In this document: piece by piece, positions 1 through 11,386 of the stretch
How positions within the stretch are numbered: position 1 is the stretch's first letter
Layout: each line of letters starts with the position of its first letter
From: Cercozoa sp. M6MM
Taxonomy: Eukaryota; Protista; Endomyxa: Ascetosporea
Direction: 5' to 3' (one strand)
Assembly (NCBI GenBank): GCA_040357565.1
Contig: JBDODJ010000042.1
Length of the DNA stretch: 64,000 nucleotides
Made by a program: the position numbers and the translations under genes
The notes under the pieces: model-generated
The model's database searches: none
What the model was told of the DNA's origin: nothing
Seen by the model: the letters and a program-made list of their open reading frames with translations, nothing else

Positions 1-19
1 TTTGCGGGTTGATATATGT

Positions 20-526
20 TACCGCAGCCCTTCAGAAATTGAGGCTTTGGCAGTGCAAAAGAGTACTATGCCAGGAAAAAGACTAAAGAAACAAATGGAA
101 TCGATGTGAAGAAGAATTGAGTCAGTAGACGTAGTCAGTTCAGAGGTAGTTACCCCAAGATAGGGTCGGCAAAGTACAGGAAGTAGACTGGTCGGGAAGG
201 ATGAGAGGCCCGGTAGTCAGAAGAAGGAAGGAAGGAGAAGGAGGGACGTAAAGGAGAAAAAGAAAGGCTCTCTGTGCTGGGAAGACAGCAACAGGGATTA
301 CGTGAGAGTGCAAGGACTGGAGCCTGGAGAGGTGCTTTACCTGGTGAGTAGAGAGCCTTTTCAGGAAAGGAGCAAAATCTTGCTCTTTCGAGGTCAGTCT
401 ACCAAACACAGGGTAAGGAGGTTAGCAACACTCTCGGAGAGGTCAGGATACCAGACAAACACAATACACCACTTCTCAAAGTGCTCAATGAATAGCTTTC
501 TTCCACGCGGAGCACCAGAGATCTGA
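20..526 (+). mobile_element. Degenerate repeat, possibly a decayed non-LTR retrotransposon fragment
   Basis: Bases ~20-180 are an imperfect copy of ~4745-4900. Purine-rich and intronless with stops. Translation (LPQDRVGKV ... YL..RSKILLFRG ... NTIHHFSKC) loosely resembles the post-RT/Cys-His C-terminus of LINE ORF2. Confidence 0.3.
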
Positions 527-831
527 CTGGCCGGATGGAAAATGCCGTTTCGTAACATATATACTATACATTCGATTATCGGTACAGGACTCGAGTTGTA
601 ATAAATCAAAACGAAACAAATAAAAAGGACGAGGGGCGGCGAAAGCGCGTTCGGACGGGCGGAGCGCACAGTAAAGGACGAGAGGTGTGTGTTGGTTGTG
701 TCGGGTTGGGTCGGGTCGGGTCGGTTGGGAACAGTGAGGATGTACTGTGTCACACCCGTGCGTGTGCGTATGCGGCTATAGTACACATGTCACTGTGGTC
801 GAGGGTTCTTGAGAAAAGGGTCCGAGCCAGT

Positions 832-2939
832 CTAGTTGCTCGGCTGCTCGAACTTGGTTGAAATCAGTGCCTATAATCGCAAAGCATGAGAGCGGCATAT
901 TTTAGATAGAAAAGGGGGCAGTCTGCTCTACCTGGCAGTAGCGACTCTGACGGAAGCCTTCGAGAAGGTTGTCGCGCACATGCATGCGCACGGCATGGGC
1001 CACGTCATCAAACACCTCATCAGCGATCTCGTCCAGCGTGACCGACACACGCAGTGCCGCCAGCAACGGCTCTTCCAGCTACAAACCAAACACATCCATT
1101 TGACTGAAACATGCACACAGCAAGCAAAAGGTACCACAGTGATGCGATCGGCAGCTTGGTCGGCAAAGAACGTGTTGAACACCTCACCGGCAAGTGTTTG
1201 ACGGTCCGACTTCTTCCTGTGCATGACACGCACACGTCACGATTTTGTTTTGTTTTTCGTTTTCTGATCAAATAAATGATTAAACACGCCCCAAGTCAGC
1301 TTACATGGTAGAGCAAGCCTTCTGCCACTTCGTGACCTGGTCCAGGAAGAGAGTGAAGTTGCGCTTGCCCTCACTGTACACAAAACATACACTCAGATTC
1401 ACACATTTTGTTGTTTCCGACGAAACAAGCAAAAGCACCGAGCCAGGTGCAGCTCGAGGTAGCTCATGCAATCCGCATCAGCCAGGAACTGCGTAAACTT
1501 GCGCGGCTGCAGCAGCGGGTATTCTGTCAGATACCACAAGTTATCACGAATTCTGGAGAGGAGGCAAGGCAGGTCAGGGTACTCTCGGGATTGTAGAACG
1601 TCAAGTTGGTGCGCTCTGGCTGATCACCGATCTCTTCGATCATGATCGCCGTGCACATGTTGAGCATCTCGATGAACGCGTAACGCACAGAGTGCGTAAA
1701 GTCAGCGCCAAACACGTCCTGCATGCCTGCAACCACGGCTTCCGTCCTTTGCAAAAACACAAAACCATACACTCTCTCGAGCAACCTAACTTGAGATCAA
1801 ACGGCAGAAACGCTACATATGCGAAAAGGCGCCACGAGGCACGTTGTAGCTGATGTGGCGCCTACACATGCACGCGTTTGACACATTAGCGGCCTCTAAC
1901 TGTTCAAGTCAGAGAAATGTACTGGCCCAGCTCGCGCACCTTGCGATCGAGCGTCTTGAGATCACTCATGCCCTGCCACGTCACATGCACGCCGAGTGAG
2001 TGTGCACATTTAGTGTGTTATACAATACAAGCCTACCTGAATCAGCGAGGACAGCATGTGCATCAGCGTGGCGGCATGCCGCTTCAGCGGCAGCTTGTTG
2101 AACACGCGGCGGTACTCGGGGTGCTCCACAAAGAAGCGCAGGTAGATCACCTCGCCAACCTTCTGGCGCTGGGGTTCCACTGTGTGCGCACACCGATAAT
2201 ACACCAGACGCAGTAACTTTGGGTCCACAAGAGTCAAGTTACCAAAGTCCCACCAGAACGTCTCAATGGTGTCAGTCACACTGCATCGCGTGCGACCCGA
2301 CTCGTCCGAGACCTGATTGATTTTCACGCACATACTGTCACAGCACAAGAAGCGGAAAAATAGGGAGGCGGTACAGTCTGCCCCTGGAGCGACATGAGCG
2401 AAGCGGCCGAGCGCTTGGTTTTGGAGTTCTTTTGGCCCATTCTTAGCTCTGACAACAGCAAATGAGAACAAAAAACACAAAAGGCATTCGACACGGCTCT
2501 TTTTTTGTTTGATACTTTCCGCATACCTCGGCAAGGGCGTCAATAATACGACACGAGCTCTGGAGCTTCTGCGGCATACATAAACAGTAATACTTGTAAC
2601 AGACAGATGATGTCCGTTCATTGACTGTTGATCAAGCGACCCACGATGCACAACAGACAACATCAAAAAAAAAAACAAACACAAAAAACAAGCCGGCGAA
2701 CGCAAAACACAGCAACACTCACACGCACGGCTAAAGCAGCCCAGAGAACGTACCGTAGGCCAGAGTCTGTGGGAAAAAAGAAAGCAAACGTTGTTGTGGC
2801 TGGGCAAGGGGACCCGTTCCGGTGGGCTGACTACCCATCCGTTTCAATTGGTAGCCACTGCCCACTGGCATCGAGTGCGTTGTAGAACACATTGTTATCT
2901 CGTATGACGCGTGCCAGCGGCAGGTATCGGGCGGACCAT
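832..2939 (-). CDS. Globin domain + RGS-homology domain fusion protein (multi-exon)
   Basis: Phase-consistent GT-AG splicing gives a globin: KVGEVIYLRFFVEHPEYRRVFNKLPLKRHAATLMHMLSSLIQ|GMSDLKTLDRKVRELGQ|RHISYNVPRGAFSHM|TEAVVAGMQDVFGADFTHSVRYAFIEMLNMCTAIM. It is followed by an RGS-like domain: FTQFLADADCMSYLELHLAR|EGKRNFTLFLDQVTKWQK..M|KKSDRQTLAGEVFNTFFADQAADRITV|LEEPLLAALRVSVTLDEIADEVFDDVAHAVRMHVRDNLLEGFRQSRYCQ|ALISTKFEQPSN*. Exons upstream of ~2340 and the start codon are uncertain. Confidence 0.8.
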
Positions 2940-3027
2940 GCGCTAAAACCTGTTAAAACTGGCTGGTCGAGTTGGTTGGCTTGATCGATCGCTCGCTAGT
3001 GCTGTGGATTTTGTTTCATTCTTTGCT

Positions 3028-4652
3028 ATGCCGTCGGGTGGTCTGCGGGCACAGGCGAGATCGCAAACCGTCCTGACTGGGACTCCGGGACTGGTGCACA
3101 ATCACACTCATGGTATAAGAATGCACTACTGAGCTGAGCCATGCACCGCCATGCGTTTTACGCAACGGTGGTACTCTTGCGTCACTAGGACCTGTTTGCT
3201 TAGACATCGAGATACACGTGCAACTGAACGAGCAGCTGGGGCACCAGTCAGAGCGACTGTCAGATTATTTGTCCGACGAAAACGACTCAAGTATCCCCAC
3301 CCCACCTTGTGTTGTACTGTATTGACAGAGACGGGCATTGCATCAGTGCCTGGTAACTTAGAAAGGGCGACACGCCAGAGGCCAGCACGCTCGCACTTCT
3401 ATGCAGCGGTGCGTGAGTGCTGCATGCGGTGCGCCTCGTGTGCTTTGGTCTGCAATTCACACTCGCTCGTGTCGAATGATGCCACGTTCGCGCACTTTGC
3501 GCTCTGCGTGCACTCTGTACCTTCAGTTAAAAGTCTCTAAACGTGTCTCTGCCCAACTAGAGCGACCCTTAAACTTACAGTTGAGAAAGGAGTCCGAGTT
3601 GGGTGCACTTCGATACCGCAGTGCAACAAGCGACAATGACGACGACAACGACCGCGACGAAGTGGATGAATTGTTGCTGATGCAAATCGACTGCCCGCGC
3701 CATCCGGATGATGTTGTGTTGGCCGATGAAAGTGACTCCTTCTTTCGAGATGCTTCTCCGGTCACGCGTGCTTGCAGTAAAATTTAGTGTTTTTCTCCGT
3801 CACTTGGACTGGCTCGGGTTTTAAGGTGGAGTTTTTGTGTGCAGTCACGTCATTTGACCAGTTAGTTGCGTCAAGGAACACGTTGCGTCGCCTGGTGGTA
3901 GCATCAGACTGACACTGACAACGATCATGTCCATTTTTATGTGCACTGGGGGGAGGGCAGAAAACAGCAGATGCGTTCGCGCGCGTGCATCACGCCTTCG
4001 TGAACAAAGTGCAGCACGGTGTTCTCTTCTTCATGCAGTCGGTCGAGCGCGATCTTGATGCAACGGCCGCTGCTTTGACGCAGCTGAGTCACGCGTGCGT
4101 GCGACACAACCGACTTCTCCAGAAGGCACTACAGGACATTGTGCAAGCACGCACCTACGTCGACACCGTGACACACTTTGAACGCAGCATGCTCGGTCAT
4201 GTCCTGAGTGGTAGAGTGCTGCATGTTTGCGTCCCGTCTTGAAGTTTGTAAGTTTACGTATGACTGTGTTAGAAGTGATACACAACGTTCAAAAGCCGCT
4301 GCTGGGCGAGCCGGTGGAAGGAGTTGTCACCACACCAACCAGTTTCCATGCCGGCCTCGTTCCTCCGCCGGTATGCAGAAAATCCAAAGTCGTTATTACT
4401 GAGTTTACCATCACTTGCTGACAAGTTTAGCCACCTCGCATCCCGCAAAGCAGCAGCAGCGACAGCACTTTCGCGCCGCCGCCTGTCGTGCACGCCTATG
4501 CGAACCTTGGGCCCAACGCGATGACCGACACGAGTATCCAAGAACTCAACGCTCCGACTCAGAGCGAGACCACGAGGAATGCAACTCCGCTGTTTCCGCA
4601 CATTGTGCGTCTCAATCCTTACGACCGCGTCCACAATCGGCATATGTTTTGA
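3028..4652 (+). CDS. Hypothetical coiled-coil protein with Pro/Ser-rich tail (weak resemblance to BORC/BLOC-1 subunits)
   Basis: Spliced ORF: MPSGGLRAQ...DIEIHVQLNEQLGHQSE...DAFARVHHAFVNKVQHGVLFFMQSVERDLDATAAALTQLS...PPRIPQSSSSD...HMF*. Canonical introns; family link is weak. Confidence 0.55.
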
Positions 4653-4744
4653 CCACGAATCGGTGATCTTCCCAAGCGAAAAGATTCGCGCAACTGAGGT
4701 TACTATAACTGAAGCTTCTCAGGCCCGTCGTCGATCGATCAGCT

Positions 4745-4900
4745 TGTTGCGGCCTTTTGGTAATTCCGGTTTTGGCAGTGCAAAAAGAGTACCATGCCAG
4801 GAAAATAACAAATGGAATCGACATTAAGTATTGAGTCAGTAGACGTAGTCAGTTCAAATGTACGGTAGTTACACCAAGATAGAGTCGGCAAAGTACAAGA
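4745..4900 (+). repeat. Second copy of the dispersed ~150-bp repeat at window start
   Basis: Shares TTTGGCAGTGCAAAA, ACAAATGGAATCGA, TTGAGTCAGTAGACGTAGTCAGTTCA and CCAAGATAGRGTCGGCAAAGTACA with ~20-180. Confidence 0.85.
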
Positions 4901-5041
4901 CCAAGGAAAAAATCGCCCCGCCAATCCGGGACATACCGTACCCCGTAAGCGAAGCTGGCAGCGGATGCTGGCAGCTAAGGACGGACTGTTGAAAGTACTG
5001 TAGTTCTAGCCGACAACGAAAACTGAAACGCGAAATTTCAC

Positions 5042-7801
<2,760 letters not shown>

Positions 7802-8124
7802 GGCTGCACACTACTACGACGGACGAACGTATCCTTGTTGACATACCCACACACTTTCTGGTGTCCTGGCAGCATGGTATTCTGCACACATCCGCGCGCA
7901 CACATCGTTTTCAAGCAAAACAAAAACAATAATTGAGAAGTACCTAGTCTTAGTCCAAATCTAAAGCAGCTAAATACCGCAACAGAGCGTATGCACTCGT
8001 ATACACTGTGCTGTAACACTTGTCACTGCAAGCTGATCCTTGCGGAACGCCCGGCTCGACAAAGTTGGGCAAAAAATACAAAAAATCACAAATTTACGTT
8101 TGAGCTTTCACGGCACTTATCAAA

Positions 8125-9004
8125 ATGGTGCGTCCTGCTCAATCTATCCGTGGCGTGCTAGTGCTCGCCATGCGTGATTTGCGACCCTGCGCGTTTTTTC
8201 GCGCACGAGCGCCGGGAGTGTCCCAGCCGGCCACAGCAGTATCGCAACCGCAGTGCGTCTGGCGAGCCGTGGGCAACTGACGTTGTTCGTGTGATTCGCC
8301 GTCGCTATCGCTGTGCTGCTGGCTGGGACGCAACTCGAAAGACGCTTGTGCGCTGTGTTGTGTCTGCTGCAGTGTTTTTGTGCTGCAAGGTGTGACTTGT
8401 CGTTTTCCCGTGATGTGTATGTTGTGGTTGTGTGCAGGTGTTGTCTGAGTACCTCGTGGTCGGCCAGGCCAAGGGCAGCACGACGGCCATGCAGCTGTCG
8501 ATCTTCGCCAAGACGGAGGTGCACGCGCGCAAGAAGTTCTGGTACTTTGCCAAGAAGGTCGCCAAGTGCAAGTCGTCGTCGGGCGATATCCTCAAGTGCT
8601 CGAAGGTCTTCGAGAAGAAGCCGACGACGCTGAAGAACTTCGGCATCTTCCTGCGCTACGACTCGCGCACGGCCACGCACAACATGTTCAAGGGTATCCC
8701 TTGTCTATCCCCGTGTTCATTGTTTTGTATGTCCCTGTGTGTGTGTGTAGAGTACCGCGCCATGTCGCGTACCGAGGCTGTTGAGCAGATGTACTCGGAG
8801 ATGGCCGGCCGCCACCGCGCCCGCGCTCCGTCTGTGCAGATCATCAAGGTCGTCGAGATCGCCTCGAAGGACCTCAAGCGCCCGGCCAAGGTTGCCTTCC
8901 GCGACAGCAAGGTCTCGTTCCCGAACATGTTCAACGTGCCGCGCCAGCCCAAGAAGTTCCAGACGACCTTCAAGGCCAGTCGTGCCCAGACTCTCCGCAA
9001 CTAA
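8125..9004 (+). CDS. RPL18A: 60S ribosomal protein L18a (eL20)
   Basis: MVRPAQSIRG|VLSEYLVVG..ARKKFWYF..KNFGIFLRYDSRTATHNMFK|EYRAMSRTEAVEQMYSEMAGRHRAR. Two GT-AG introns (8155-8437 and ~8694-8750); strong GC3 codon bias. Confidence 0.96.
8201..8353 (+). promoter_or_regulatory. Long stem-loop in RPL18A intron 1
   Basis: GCGCACGAGCGCC pairs with GACGCTTGTGCGC; GAGTGTCCCAGCCGGCCACAGC with GCTGTGCTGCTGGCTGGGACGCAACTC; inner GGCGA/TCGCC and GGGCAAC/GTTGTTC. Many deviations are G-U pairs. Confidence 0.65.
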
Positions 9005-9084
9005 GTCTGCGTTGTGTACGTTCGTTTTGTGGATGCTCAAACTCACACAGTACCCCTTACAATCCAGCGGTCAGTCAGTATAGA

Positions 9085-9233
9085 GGGTATGATGGGTTTT
9101 TCGAGGCAAAATTAGAATAAAAACGATCCCCTTTGCTCTTTCCACCGTACACCGTACATATAATAAAAGCAGTTTGAGTGTGGTGTTTTGAGTTTGAGGT
9201 TCGGAGTTATTCTCGAAACCCCCCTCCATACCC
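9085..9233. mobile_element. MITE-like element with imperfect ~22-bp terminal inverted repeats
   Basis: GGGTATGATGGGTTTTTCGAG ... CTCGAAACCCCCCTCCATACCC around a non-coding core. No clear TSD; single copy here. Confidence 0.5.
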
Positions 9234-9265
9234 GTTTAGTGACCTCCAGATAAGTGGCGGAGTTG

Positions 9266-9330
9266 CGACCCACTCCAGGGGAACTACTTAGTTGCCTTCG
9301 TAAAAGACTCAACTAACTAAAATTTAACTC
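9266..9330 (+). mobile_element. Short non-LTR retroposon, copy A (heavily 5'-truncated)
   Basis: CAGGGGAACTACTTAGTTG..AAGACTCAACTAACTAA flanked by 13-bp TSD AGTGGCGGAGTTG (9253-9265, 9331-9343). Confidence 0.85.
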
Positions 9331-9413
9331 AGTGGCGGAGTTGGGAAAATACCATAATGAGTACAACGGCTCGGTTGGCGAAGCAAATCGGTGAGTGCAG
9401 AACGTCATATCCC

Positions 9414-10377
9414 ATGTCCGGTCAAAGTGACGATGATCTGCCTCCTCTGGAGCACGTCGATGCTGCTTTCAGCGAGTTGCAGCTTGGTAAATTTACAGAA
9501 AGGCACAAGCCACCTGTCAAAGCGCAAAAACAACCTCAAGCCGCCGTGATCGATTCGAAGAAGCGAGGTGAACTAGGCTTTATCGCGAACGTAACGCATG
9601 AGGTGCGGAATCGCCAAGAATCTGAGTCGGAGGTCGCTTCTTCGTTTACAAAAGCATTGCAAGAGCGCATTTTGGCGGGTAAAGGGAGCACAGACGGCTT
9701 TGATCTCATTGGTGCTTTGGAAAACCCTCGTGTCCAAGCAGCCTTGCAAATGTTTCAAGTAACCTCGACTCCATCCCGCGGTAATGCATGCTGATGCTTC
9801 AGTTTTTCAGAGTAACCCAGCTCAAGCGAAGCGCGAGTTTGGAGCGGATCCTCTCGTAGCAAAGGTACTACGTGCTTAGCAAAATTGCTGGGGGGATTGT
9901 ACTTTGGTCCTTCCTTCCACAAGGTCTTTGCTTCGTTCCTTCAAACCGTCCATACCGTCCGAAAAGAGGCAGAGGAAAACAAGCCAAGCAAACCAGAATT
10001 AAGAAAAGTCGATACTAGAAGAAACAAGCGCGATGATGTCTTGATCTCTCGTACTAATGGAGAGGGTACAATGCGTCTTCCGTCCTTATGTTTGATATCC
10101 GGATACCTTTCTGTTCGTGGTCTACACAGTGCGGCGCATCTCTCGCGAACAACTGCAGCGCTGGCACTCAGACCCTCGCGTCCAGGTAACCGCGGCCTGT
10201 TTAATTTAGTGACAAAAGGCCAGTTCACTTGCGTAGCAAGTGCTTCAGCACCCACAAACGCAGTCGATGCTGCGAGCACTACAAAGCAACGCGCTCACAC
10301 GAGCGCAGAAGGCGAAGCTTCTCGCGACGCCACCGATGCAGTTCCTCCAACGTGTGGGGATCCTTAGTTGCTACTAG
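9414..10377 (+). CDS. STI1/HOP-DP-like domain protein
   Basis: Two STI1-like helical repeats after splicing: ALENPRVQAALQMFQ|SNPAQAKREFGADPLV and WHSDPRVQ|QVLQHPQTQSMLRALQ..MQFLQRVGILSCY*. Confidence 0.6.
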
Positions 10378-11386
10378 TGGGTACTCCGTGAAGCTAATTT
10401 GTTTCTGTTTCGTAAATTTAACATCTGCCAGCAGATTCAAACCTGATAACTTAAGTTTAAATTAAAAGTGACCCCCAATATAAACTTACAGGCAAAGTGT
10501 CCGAACCTTTTCGGGCCAACCATTTCTGAACAGGTATCCTCAGGCTGAAACATTGCAGTGAACTGAACTGGCTCTTACGACAGCGGGAGGAAGAGTCGGC
10601 CGAGCAAACCGGAAAGTGCCGAAGAATGCAAAGGCTCGGACAGGTTCATGACGAGGTTCATGTTTTTTTGACTGCGGCTCACTGGCTTCAACGAAGCGAG
10701 GTACCAAAGCTTCGACTTCATTCATTAAATTGAAGGAATTGAAGTAACATTTTCGCTACTCGACAATGCGAAACTTGGGCTCACTGTTTTCGGTGCACAC
10801 AATGCCGAGTCGGCCGAACGACGCCGACGCTTCAGTAGCAACGCGACGTGCCGGTTGAACTGTGCGAACAACACCCACCTGTTCCTGAGTGACACGAACA
10901 AGAGGCAAATGTTCTATCCTTCCAGTCCAGACGACGTGTCGCTGTTTGTGCCTCCTAAGAACTTGTGCCGGAAAAAGTCCACTACGAAGGATATCACTTC
11001 ACAGATTTGATCGTCTCGTTGCTGGCAGAAGGGTTTCGAAACACCATGGAAGCGGAAATTCGCCACATTCTACGACAGCGGTATTGCTCTCACCGAACCA
11101 AGTGAACGTCAATGTTGGGGCCTGTGTGACATTTCCTTCGGATCCGAAAGGTTCGATTCGATTCATTGAGTTTTAGTGCGAACCCATTTGGGCCCTCAAC
11201 GTCGCCTTCGCTTAAATTGAGTTAGTACCTGCACAGAAGGCAGCACTAGATTTACGTCATCCGGTCAAGGCATCCGGCAAAACCGGAAATGCCGAGAGCA
11301 AAAACGGAAAAGCTAAATTTACAGGCATCTGTCTCGTCATCAAAACGCTCAAAGAAGCACTTCAACGCAATTTAATTTAGCCAGGA

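Noticed and set aside
1524-1582. Apparent frameshift/stop between globin and RGS (pseudogene or recoding)
   Set aside because: A 59-nt GT-AG intron restores the frame (NPE-KYPLL).
4269-4643. Kinase-like 'DGKL..NDFGFSA' in a minus-strand ORF, and 'GFGSAK' at ~4768
   Set aside because: No HRD, VAIK or APE context. The DFG word lies antisense to an intron of the plus-strand gene, and GFGSAK lies in the dispersed repeat.
8155-8437. Intronic snoRNA in RPL18A
   Set aside because: No properly placed C (RUGAUGA)/D or H/ACA boxes; reported only as a hairpin.
10540-11180. Possible small minus-strand gene
   Set aside because: Open frames exist, but I found no recognisable motif or confidently phased exon chain.
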